Below, piece after piece: positions 1 through 7,432 of a DNA stretch of 64,000 nt (position 1 is the stretch's first letter; every line of letters starts with the position of its first letter). The stretch lies in the IMG/VR virus record IMGVR_UViG_3300023174_000084, positions 32,001 to 96,000 of that record; one strand, given 5' to 3'. The position numbers and the translations under genes are program-made. The notes beneath the pieces were generated by a model that searched no databases, was not told where the DNA came from, and saw nothing but the letters and a program-made list of their open reading frames with translations. This DNA is from a virus.

Positions 1-14
1 ATACTGAGCTGCAT
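1..14 (-). CDS. 5' end of a gene running off the window (MQLS...)
   Basis: ATG at 14..12 preceded by AGGAG Shine-Dalgarno (24-28) and a late promoter motif at 56-63. Confidence 0.5.
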
Positions 15-55
15 CTGAGGTTTCTCCTAATGAAAAACAACCAATACTTCTCAAA

Positions 56-63
56 TATTTAGG
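56..63 (-). promoter_or_regulatory. T4-type late promoter CCTAAATA
   Basis: Reverse complement of tatttagg; same variant precedes gp3. Confidence 0.55.
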
Positions 64-69
64 TGCTCT

Positions 70-516
70 CTAGATTTCACCAGGTGAAATTTGTTCTACT
101 TGAACACCACATTTGTTTAAGAAGTTTATGCCGATGGTATCTCGGTAAGAATTACGGTAATATACTTTTTTGATACCAGCGGTATAAACTTGTTTCGCAC
201 AATGAATACACGGTGCATGGGTTAGGAACATTGTGGAACCATCTCCAGATTCACTGCCTTTGGCCAGTTTAGCGATAGCATTAGCCTCTGCGTGGATGAC
301 TTCATCCTTGGTTTTGGTGATAGTACCGCCATCTTCTAGGTATTCTATTACTTCTTCACATTCATTGGTCCATCCGGCAGGCATGCCATTATAACCAATG
401 GATATAATCCTATCATCTTTGACAATGATAGCGCCTACTTGTAATCGTTTTGCGGATGATAATTTGGAGAATCTTTCCGCCACATCCATATAAGCATTAA
501 TAAATTTTTGTTTCAT
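70..516 (-). CDS. cd: dCMP deaminase
   Basis: HAEANA and PCxxC zinc motifs, GYNG motif. Confidence 0.93.
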   Translation of the reverse strand: MKQKFINAYMDVAERFSKLSSAKRLQVGAIIVKDDRIISIGYNGMPAGWTNECEEVIEYLEDGGTITKTKDEVIHAEANAIAKLAKGSESGDGSTMFLTHAPCIHCAKQVYTAGIKKVYYRNSYRDTIGINFLNKCGVQVEQISPGEI

Positions 517-520
517 ATTT

Positions 521-597
521 TGGTGGGCCTTGTAGGACTCGAACCTACGACCAAAGGATTATGAGTCCTCTGCTCTAACCAACTGAGCTAAAGGCCC
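521..597 (-). tRNA. tRNA with CAU anticodon, most likely tRNA-Ile2 (lysidine type), CCA encoded
   Basis: Reverse complement GGGCCTTTAGCTCAGTTGGTTAGAGCAGAGGACTCATAATCCTTTGGTCGTAGGTTCGAGTCCTACAAGGCCCACCA: 7-bp acceptor stem, D loop, CTCATAA anticodon loop, GTTCGA T loop; body resembles E. coli ileX rather than tRNA-Met. Confidence 0.92.
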
Positions 598-604
598 CTT
601 TGGT

Positions 605-775
605 TTACCAAGATCCGTTATCAAACCATATTCGTATAGTGATAGGCAATAATTCTAAAACAAATGCATCTGTTTCCCAAACTTCATTTGTTTTATTATA
701 GGCACAGTTAATACGCCAGTGAAATGGATTTAATTTGATTGTAATATTACAACCAGAATATTTTAACCAATTCAT
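605..775 (-). CDS. hypothetical protein, 56 aa (MNWLKYSGCNITIKLNPFHW...WFDNGSW), not in ORF track
   Basis: Read manually; ATGA overlap with stop of upstream ORF; fills the gap exactly. Confidence 0.65.
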   Translation of the reverse strand: MNWLKYSGCNITIKLNPFHWRINCAYNKTNEVWETDAFVLELLPITIRIWFDNGSW

Positions 776-1002
776 TTAAATATTTCCAATGTAGGATCTG
801 GAATATTAAATTGTCCACGAATATATTTGTCTTTTAACATTTCAGGAATAGTGAGGTATGGTTCTTGTAAAATAAATGGACAAGGTCCACTCCACTTGTT
901 ATTGGCCAAAAATGATTTGAACAATTCAACATCTTTTTTATTCTTTGGATCAAAAGTTCTTTTTTGATTATGAAGTAATTGATAATTTGTAAGAATGGTC
1001 AT
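772..1002 (-). CDS. hypothetical protein
   Basis: ORF track; ATGA-coupled to both neighbours. Confidence 0.7.
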   Translation of the reverse strand: MTILTNYQLLHNQKRTFDPKNKKDVELFKSFLANNKWSGPCPFILQEPYLTIPEMLKDKYIRGQFNIPDPTLEIFK

Positions 1003-1199
1003 TTCACATACTCCATGCTATCTTTTTTCATATAATGAACTACTTGATTCTTTTTTGGATCAGGCATTTGCTTTACAACAGCAATAAATTTCTCACCATC
1101 AATTTCTTCAATTGGCCAATTCGAATAAGTATAGTAGATATCCGTGCCATTTCTGGCACGAACTTTTTTGAGAACGGATTTAGATTTCACATTTTTCAT
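999..1199 (-). CDS. hypothetical protein, probably leaderless
   Basis: ATG lies 6 nt downstream of a perfect -10 box. Confidence 0.7.
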   Translation of the reverse strand: MKNVKSKSVLKKVRARNGTDIYYTYSNWPIEEIDGEKFIAVVKQMPDPKKNQVVHYMKKDSMEYVK

Positions 1200-1205
1200 A
1201 ATATA

Positions 1206-1234
1206 ATTATAACAGATTTATAGGAGGTTGTCAA
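1206..1234 (-). promoter_or_regulatory. consensus sigma70 promoter TTGACA-N17-TATAAT
   Basis: -35 at 1234..1229, -10 at 1211..1206. Confidence 0.88.
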
Positions 1235-1246
1235 GACCTCCTATAA
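1218..1246. repeat. perfect 11-bp inverted repeat with the -35 box in its loop
   Basis: ttataggaggt-tgtcaag-acctcctataa. Confidence 0.9.
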
Positions 1247-1249
1247 TTA

Positions 1250-1324
1250 TTACCGAGGTTTAGTTTTTTGTGGATAATTCAACTGTTCCCATTCCTCATC
1301 GGATACAGGCCACCAGTTACTCAT
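1250..1324 (-). CDS. putative 24-aa peptide MSNWWPVSDEEWEQLNYPQKTKPR
   Basis: Overlaps the hsp20 3' end, purine-rich AAGGAAAAGAAAG upstream, fills the gap to the hairpin. Confidence 0.35.
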   Translation of the reverse strand: MSNWWPVSDEEWEQLNYPQKTKPR

Positions 1325-1781
1325 CTTTCTTTTCCTTGATGGTAATCTTTTTAATGGTATCTTGAGCCTGCACAAGATTTTCCAACCAAACACGCAACAT
1401 ACCATTTACCATTTCGGCTTGACCAATTTCAATCTTGTCAGCCAATGTAAATGAACGTGTAAAGTCACGGTTAGCAATTCCCTTAAATAAGAAATTTTCA
1501 TCTTCTTTAAGTTCATTCTCTTTTGCAGAACCTTTGATGACCAACTTATTACCTTCAAGTGTGATTTCAATATCAGACTTGGCAAAACCAGCAACTGCCA
1601 TTTCAATGACATACTTGTTTTTGCTTACTTGTTTGATATTGTATGGGGGATATGATGGAACATTCTTGGCAACGTTTTTGGTTACTTCTTCAATATCCTT
1701 AAAGAATTTATCGTAACCAACGGTGAATGGATCCAACGATTTATGAAAGTCAAATAGACTTGGTAATAGACTTGTAGTCAT
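1317..1781 (-). CDS. hsp20: small heat-shock protein Hsp20 (IbpA-like)
   Basis: YPPYNI, AVAGF, KGIANRDFTRSFTLA, NGMLRV alpha-crystallin motifs. Confidence 0.95.
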   Translation of the reverse strand: MTTSLLPSLFDFHKSLDPFTVGYDKFFKDIEEVTKNVAKNVPSYPPYNIKQVSKNKYVIEMAVAGFAKSDIEITLEGNKLVIKGSAKENELKEDENFLFKGIANRDFTRSFTLADKIEIGQAEMVNGMLRVWLENLVQAQDTIKKITIKEKKDE

Positions 1782-1789
1782 GCTTAGTT

Positions 1790-1841
1790 CTCCTTATTTT
1801 AAGCGAGTTAATCAAAAATTGCGGCCTCATTGAGCACCGCA
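1790..1841 (-). ncRNA. ROSE-like RNA thermometer in hsp20 5'UTR
   Basis: CUCGCUUA-AAA-UAAGGAG hairpin pairs the U(U/C)GCU motif with the SD leaving a bulged G; upstream hairpin UGCGG...CCGCA. Confidence 0.7.
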
Positions 1842-1846
1842 CCATA

Positions 1847-1875
1847 AGTATATTAGTATTTATACTACTTGTCAA
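1847..1875 (-). promoter_or_regulatory. sigma70 promoter TTGACA-N17-TATACT with a late TATAAATA box (1857-1864) inside the spacer
   Basis: Read directly; the -35 overlaps the regA stop codon. Confidence 0.8.
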
Positions 1876-2279
1876 TAGTCCTGAGTTTTTTTACCAATAT
1901 TATATTTTGGTACTAATTGCCAATCGTCCTTCTCTTTATGAGATAATATCTTGATTTGACTAAGGAAAATAGGTGGTGGATTCTCAATCTGTTGTTTTCG
2001 GACAACAGTTACCAGACCCCAATCTTCCAATAGTTTTACTATGGCATTCCTACGGGATAAGTCATTTTCGGTAATATCAGTTGGTTTGCCATCCAAGGCA
2101 AACAATTCTTTAAAGTGGACAATATAGTATTGACCTCTTTTGTGTAGTATATGACACGATTGGAATAGAGTCCTGTCTTTTTTCGAAGCCACACCAATGC
2201 GTGTGAGGGTTTCACGGACTTTGAGGAAATCGTCTTGTTCATTCAAAGTCACTTCAACTAAATCAGTAATGTTAATCAT
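1872..2279 (-). CDS. regA: translational repressor RegA
   Basis: DDFLKVRETLTRIG, QSCHILHK, HFKELF; follows gp62. Confidence 0.96.
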   Translation of the reverse strand: MINITDLVEVTLNEQDDFLKVRETLTRIGVASKKDRTLFQSCHILHKRGQYYIVHFKELFALDGKPTDITENDLSRRNAIVKLLEDWGLVTVVRKQQIENPPPIFLSQIKILSHKEKDDWQLVPKYNIGKKTQDY

Positions 2280-2659
2280 GTTCCGCCTTTATCTGTTCTT
2301 CTTTTTATTTCAGCGATTTGTTCATCATTAAGAATACGCAAAGCTTCCTTAGCCTTCTGGTTAGAGTAACCGAAGTAGGTTTTTACACATTCTATGTTTT
2401 TATCGACCTCTGATTTCTGCCACGGTTGAAATTTCCGTTTCATAGGTCTGATGGTATTTAGAAGATACGAATATTGAAGGTCTTTTTCCAACTCCGGGTA
2501 AAGGTTCATCTCATTGGCATATAAAACACAGTCGATATGGTATGACAAGGCTCTATTGACCACAAAGGGTGTGTAGTCTTTGGCATCTATATCATCGTGT
2601 ATTACAGACTTCTTAGTTTGAAGAATAGACGGTATAATTTCTTTGAATAGATCAGGCAT
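2276..2659 (-). CDS. 62: clamp loader small subunit gp62
   Basis: Y.PFVVNRALS, YFGYSNQKAKEAL; synteny. Confidence 0.92.
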   Translation of the reverse strand: MPDLFKEIIPSILQTKKSVIHDDIDAKDYTPFVVNRALSYHIDCVLYANEMNLYPELEKDLQYSYLLNTIRPMKRKFQPWQKSEVDKNIECVKTYFGYSNQKAKEALRILNDEQIAEIKRRTDKGGT

Positions 2660-3347
2660 GATTTATCTTATCAAAATTGCAAGGAGTTAAATCTCCAATA
2701 AAAAATTTATGACAAAAATCAAATAATTCTTTTTCACTTAAATTTGGAAGTGTTTTCATTTCGTAATATTTTTTAAGATTATTATAAATTTTATTTAAAG
2801 GTAATCCCACATAATTTCTATAATGCATACACAAGATATATTCCAATGGCCAAAACCAGCTGGTCTCACAATTCACATTATCCATAATTATTTTAGAAAA
2901 ATTTATATATTCGTATATTGGCAAATTATCCGCATAACTGTCAATTAAAAGTGTATCACATTTTCCAACAAAAGAACGAGCATCAATGTTAATAACATTA
3001 ATCTTTTCCATGATTTCAGGATTAAATTTTTTATGATAGTCTATTACTAATTTATTTGACTCCAATACTGTTATTTTTGTAACATTTTGATTATTCAATA
3101 ACCAATTTTCTCTTAGAGCAAATCCTAATCCTGTGCAAATACAATGCCCTTTAGCCAATTTGAAATGTGAGTATATTTCAAAAACTTCTCTTAAAGATTT
3201 GTCCCAGACCATAAATTGCTGGCCATTTTGTTGCATTATCCAAGTATCTTGAAATTTTTTAATGCTTAATTCATGAATGTCACTTTCAACAATTTGTGGT
3301 TCTTTGAATCCTAAATCATATAAAAAATTTTCATTTAACAAATTCAT
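2652..3347 (-). CDS. putative SAM-binding protein (spermidine-synthase/methyltransferase-like), AT-rich insert
   Basis: ICTGLGFAL glycine loop, KITVLES acidic strand, INIDA, LLIDSY. Confidence 0.55.
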   Translation of the reverse strand: MNLLNENFLYDLGFKEPQIVESDIHELSIKKFQDTWIMQQNGQQFMVWDKSLREVFEIYSHFKLAKGHCICTGLGFALRENWLLNNQNVTKITVLESNKLVIDYHKKFNPEIMEKINVINIDARSFVGKCDTLLIDSYADNLPIYEYINFSKIIMDNVNCETSWFWPLEYILCMHYRNYVGLPLNKIYNNLKKYYEMKTLPNLSEKELFDFCHKFFIGDLTPCNFDKINHA

Positions 3348-4276
3348 TTAAACTCACAGTCAACCATAATTTCTGTTAAACAAGCAATCAAATTAATCTC
3401 TGCATCAGCAACAAAAGCAGCCTGATATTGATACTTAGCAAGAATTAAAACCAACTGTGGAACAGATTGTGGTTTTAACTGTTCATATAAACTGTCGTAT
3501 AGTTTACGGAAGATTCTGGCTGGATCATTGTCAAGATTGTTAGTGACCCATTTCCTGGCGGAGGCGAAGTCTTTTTCTTTGAGGGCTCGAAGTAAATCAG
3601 CAAGTTGTATATCACTAACACTAGAAAGAATATCTTTGCCAATTGAACCAGAAACTGAATGTCGTTGAAGTTCATTAAGAATTCTCCGATTATCCGGAAA
3701 ATGTTTTGTAATGATTGCAGCCACGACTTCTTTATCATATGTAATTCCTTCTTGCTGTAATATCCATTCTACTCGTTTAAAGAATTGAGATGCCATCTTT
3801 GGCTTCTGTCCGTTAATTTTAAAATCAATAACGGTGCATCGAGAATGAATCGGATCAATAATACGATTCTTAAAATTACAAGTAAAAATGAAAGAGCAAT
3901 TAGAAGCAAACTCCTCGATTGCACCACGCATTGCAGGTTGAGTTGAATTTGGATTCAGATAATCTGCTTCGTCAATGATAATGACTTTGCGGCCACCCAT
4001 CAAAGAGACCGATGAAGCATAATTTTTGATTTTGGTTCGTAAAACATCAATACCCGATTCGTCAGAACCATTGATGATAATATAATCACAACCTACTTCT
4101 TCACAGAGAGCTTTGGCGATAGTAGTTTTACCAACACCAGCCGAACCTGAAAGAAGTAGATTAGGTATTTCTTTACGATTTACATATTCTTGAAATGTGG
4201 ATTTGATTGTATCAGGTAAGATACAATCTTCCACTTTAGATGGTCGATACTTTTCGACCCATAATAAATGTTCCAT
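3344..4276 (-). CDS. 44: clamp loader large subunit gp44 (AAA+)
   Basis: WVEKYRP, GSAGVGKTT, IIIDEADYL, SRC. Confidence 0.97.
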   Translation of the reverse strand: MEHLLWVEKYRPSKVEDCILPDTIKSTFQEYVNRKEIPNLLLSGSAGVGKTTIAKALCEEVGCDYIIINGSDESGIDVLRTKIKNYASSVSLMGGRKVIIIDEADYLNPNSTQPAMRGAIEEFASNCSFIFTCNFKNRIIDPIHSRCTVIDFKINGQKPKMASQFFKRVEWILQQEGITYDKEVVAAIITKHFPDNRRILNELQRHSVSGSIGKDILSSVSDIQLADLLRALKEKDFASARKWVTNNLDNDPARIFRKLYDSLYEQLKPQSVPQLVLILAKYQYQAAFVADAEINLIACLTEIMVDCEFK

Positions 4277-4311
4277 TCACACACCTCATAATAAAATAAT
4301 ACAACAAAATA

Positions 4312-4503
4312 CTACTCAATTTGTCCTTGCAAGACACCAACAACATCAATCTGTGATTCTTCAACGGCAACTGAACCGTTAACTAAACTAATTGCTGTTT
4401 TATCCTTTAAGTCACCTTCTACAATTGGAAAAATAGCCACAACATATTTTGGATTAACGGCAACTTGTTTTTTTGAAACTACATCAGTGAAATAAACTAA
4501 CAT
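4312..4503 (-). CDS. small protein, FlbD/SwrD-like pattern
   Basis: VNP..V..I...T.I.L.NG.V.VEES pattern. Confidence 0.45.
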   Translation of the reverse strand: MLVYFTDVVSKKQVAVNPKYVVAIFPIVEGDLKDKTAISLVNGSVAVEESQIDVVGVLQGQIE

Positions 4504-4505
4504 AA

Positions 4506-5180
4506 TTATCCTTCAAACTTAGATTCTTTGGATTCAGTTGCAACCCAATATTGAATATCAACAGACTTGTTTTTAAACGTAGCCAAACCTTTTGCAGAGA
4601 TTTCAACATCATATGCACCAGGAATCATTTTAAGATTATCGGTCAAAAATACCATCTTAAAGTTCTTGCCGTTGCCTTCACCAACTTCAATAGAATTGGT
4701 GTGTGCTGAATCATCTTTAGCGTTGAATGTGGTCAGTTTAATTGAACCACCATCAGACTCAACAGCGATGTGTGGTGATTGCAGAATAGAAGCACTCTTT
4801 AACAAATCGGAGAAATCTTCTTTAGTGAGTGTGAAAGTAACATCAACCGATGGCAAACTTAATTCTTTGTCTGGTGCGGTGACAATCATTTCTTTGGCTG
4901 TCTTACGATACTTGGTTGATTTCTTAGTACCACTTTTGAAGATGACATTTTTATCATCAAATTCAATCTCGGTATTATCAAACATAGAATGAACCGACAA
5001 GAATTGATTTAAATCATACACACAGAAATCTTGTGGAAATTCATCTTTTAGTGTGGCTTTGGCAAGAACAGTTTTGCCAGATGACATGGTACGAATTGTA
5101 TTACCTTTCTTAAACTCAATACCAGAGTTGATTGTTGCAAAATTTTTCAATACATCAAGTGTATCTTTAGTTAACTTCAT
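4506..5180 (-). CDS. 45: sliding clamp gp45 (likely start MKLTKD at 5180)
   Basis: TLDVLKNFATINSGI, YDLNQFL, YWVATE; GGAG SD before 5180. Confidence 0.95.
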   Translation of the reverse strand: MKLTKDTLDVLKNFATINSGIEFKKGNTIRTMSSGKTVLAKATLKDEFPQDFCVYDLNQFLSVHSMFDNTEIEFDDKNVIFKSGTKKSTKYRKTAKEMIVTAPDKELSLPSVDVTFTLTKEDFSDLLKSASILQSPHIAVESDGGSIKLTTFNAKDDSAHTNSIEVGEGNGKNFKMVFLTDNLKMIPGAYDVEISAKGLATFKNKSVDIQYWVATESKESKFEG

Positions 5181-5209
5181 TTGATTCTCCATTATGTAAA
5201 AGTCCTTTA

Positions 5210-5238
5210 ATCATACTACATTCAAAATACATTGTCAA
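5210..5238 (-). promoter_or_regulatory. sigma70 promoter TTGACA-N17-TATGAT for the gp45-44-62-regA operon
   Basis: -35 5238..5233, -10 5215..5210. Confidence 0.85.
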
Positions 5239-5239
5239 G

Positions 5240-5638
5240 TTATTCTTTGGAATACTTAACATCATGCTCATACAAAAACATTAGGCAACACATGGCGTGT
5301 GCTAAGTGGTGTATACCAGATTCAGGATCAACTTGTTCGCCTTGTTTCCAAGCCCAAACATGCCGTTGTAAGGCATCAAAATACCTGCGTTTAGAATCAG
5401 GCACTTTTTGCCAGTTATCTCGTTCATATTTCTGAGCACCAAAGGTTAACACTTTAACCGTTTCTTCTAGTGCGAGTGGTGGTAATAAACCATATTCTAA
5501 TTTACCACCATCAAATTTACGGCCGATAGGTAAAGGTGGATTCAATTGTAAAGATTCGGTATATTTTTTCATCTCTGGTGAAGCCAAAGCGACATTATCA
5601 TCTGTGCCACGGTTACCCATACTGTCTTGCCAGGCCAT
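5240..5638 (-). CDS. dATP/dGTP diphosphohydrolase-like protein (DUF5664-type)
   Basis: GRKFDGGK, FGAQKY..DNW, DALQRH, DPESGIHHLAHA. Confidence 0.8.
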   Translation of the reverse strand: MAWQDSMGNRGTDDNVALASPEMKKYTESLQLNPPLPIGRKFDGGKLEYGLLPPLALEETVKVLTFGAQKYERDNWQKVPDSKRRYFDALQRHVWAWKQGEQVDPESGIHHLAHAMCCLMFLYEHDVKYSKE

Positions 5639-5654
5639 TACATTTCTCCAAACA

Positions 5655-6164
5655 TTAATTCGTTTCTTTTAATTTAAAGGCAACAGTCACTCTTAACTCT
5701 TTACAATGCCTTGTGGGTTCTAATCCAGCGTGTAGAATCGATGAGTTAAAAAGTAAACCTGTATTTGGAATAGGAGACTGTTTATAGATATTATCATTAT
5801 TGACAAAAATAGTTTCTCCACCCCAAATATAATTCCACCAAGGATTTACATAATATAAAAAAGTTTTATATGTATCATCATTAAATTCATTATCTGTATG
5901 TAAAGATCCACACATTCCATAGGTTTGGCCATTTGCATACACTTGTATCAAATCAAACTTTTTATTAGAAAGTTTTTCAATTTTAGACAACATATTTTCT
6001 GTAAAAAAAACATCTTTGATCAGATCCATATAGAATATGGTAAATTCCTCATTACGATCAATACTGCATCCACAAAATTCCCAAGAATTTCCGTTGACTG
6101 TTTTTTTTACAACATATTCATGTTCTTCTTTTGATAAGAAGTTTGAATATTCTTTGATAAACAT
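5655..6164 (-). CDS. 2OG-Fe(II) oxygenase
   Basis: HTD, WGGET, LHAG, RVTVAFKL (HxD...H...R). Confidence 0.85.
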   Translation of the reverse strand: MFIKEYSNFLSKEEHEYVVKKTVNGNSWEFCGCSIDRNEEFTIFYMDLIKDVFFTENMLSKIEKLSNKKFDLIQVYANGQTYGMCGSLHTDNEFNDDTYKTFLYYVNPWWNYIWGGETIFVNNDNIYKQSPIPNTGLLFNSSILHAGLEPTRHCKELRVTVAFKLKETN

Positions 6165-6982
6165 TACATTTCACCAACAAAATTAGCCACAGCAGGCATA
6201 TCTCCTTGGAAATGATATGTACCAATATGCGATGTTCTCATCCATGGACACAACCAAATCGAACCACCAATCTTGCGCCACATCTGGCAGAACATATAAT
6301 CTTCTGATAGATAACGATCAGAACCCCCTCCAACAATAGATTCTTTTGTATCAATCACTGTATCAAAGAAAGCATGAATATAACGTGTACCATCAAAATT
6401 GGCTTGGCCAACATGGTCTGGTTTATATCGAATCATTGGATATGCTTCTTCCATCTTTGCAAAGACTTCACGTTTAATCATCATGAAGCCAGTACCAATC
6501 TCTAATACTTCTAATGGTTGTGTTACAGAAAACTGTGCGGTACCTTTAACAGGGTTAAAAACATAATCACCAGTAACTTTTTCTAAAGTCTGTGCATCAA
6601 TGTCTGGTTTTCTTTCAACGGCTTTCTTAACAGATTTCCACTTAATTGCTTTCTTTGGATAAGGACCGCCTGCAACTTCTTTGTCGAGAGCTAACAGAGC
6701 AATAACATCTTGTGGATTAAATGAAATATCAGAATCAAGAAACAACATATGAGTGCAATCTGAACGATGAATAAATTCATCTACCAAATAATTTCTTGCA
6801 CGAGTAATTAATGATTCATTGAAAAGAAATGAAAATTTAATCTGTATTCCATATTGAAAACAAATACCTTGAAGGTCTAGACAAGCTTTCATATACAGAC
6901 CGTGATTCATGCCACCATACATTGGTGTAGCCACAAACAAGCTCTTTTTTTGTAATTCTTCTTTTTTAATTGAAATTTCCAT
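6164..6982 (-). CDS. GT-A fold glycosyltransferase-like protein
   Basis: FVATPMYGG, SLITRARN, FLDSD (DxD), GTGFMMIKR, LSEDY.FC. Confidence 0.75.
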   Translation of the reverse strand: MEISIKKEELQKKSLFVATPMYGGMNHGLYMKACLDLQGICFQYGIQIKFSFLFNESLITRARNYLVDEFIHRSDCTHMLFLDSDISFNPQDVIALLALDKEVAGGPYPKKAIKWKSVKKAVERKPDIDAQTLEKVTGDYVFNPVKGTAQFSVTQPLEVLEIGTGFMMIKREVFAKMEEAYPMIRYKPDHVGQANFDGTRYIHAFFDTVIDTKESIVGGGSDRYLSEDYMFCQMWRKIGGSIWLCPWMRTSHIGTYHFQGDMPAVANFVGEM

Positions 6983-6998
6983 TTGTTCTCCGAAAAAT

Positions 6999-7032
6999 AA
7001 AAAAAAAGGGACTCCACTTCCGTGGAATCCCT
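6999..7032 (-). terminator. intrinsic terminator
   Basis: AGGGATTCCAC-GGAA-GTGGAGTCCC followed by a poly-T run. Confidence 0.9.
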
Positions 7033-7047
7033 AAGCGCTAGGTTCGA

Positions 7048-7317
7048 TTAACCTGCGTAAGCACGAACACCGTTAGCACGGCACTGAGCCTTGAAAGACT
7101 TGCTTGGTGTACCAAGACGGTAGAAAGTCTTTTTCTGTCCATCAACATTTTTCTTGTTTGCGTAGATGGCATAACCTTCTTGGCGCAATTCAGAAATACG
7201 AGCAGAAACGTTAGTGATACCGAAACGGCGTTGAGCTTGTTCGGTTGTAAAGGTGTTGTAACCTTGAGTTTGCATTAAAGCATTGAGCATACGCTCTTTG
7301 GCGGATAATTTAGCCAT
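7048..7317 (-). CDS. small winged-helix DNA-binding protein
   Basis: FGITNVSARISELRQEGYAI...YRLG wHTH pattern; own promoter and terminator. Confidence 0.75.
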   Translation of the reverse strand: MAKLSAKERMLNALMQTQGYNTFTTEQAQRRFGITNVSARISELRQEGYAIYANKKNVDGQKKTFYRLGTPSKSFKAQCRANGVRAYAG

Positions 7318-7381
7318 TTTTTAAGACTCCATATTAAAGTTAATAACAAAAATCTCGTCAACTTCTTCAACGAGTAAACAC

Positions 7382-7410
7382 ATCATATCATTATATAGTG
7401 TGTGTGTCAA
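7382..7410 (-). promoter_or_regulatory. sigma70 promoter TTGACA-N17-TATGAT
   Basis: -35 7410..7405, -10 7387..7382. Confidence 0.85.
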
Positions 7411-7432
7411 GTATATTTGCGGTATACTTGTT

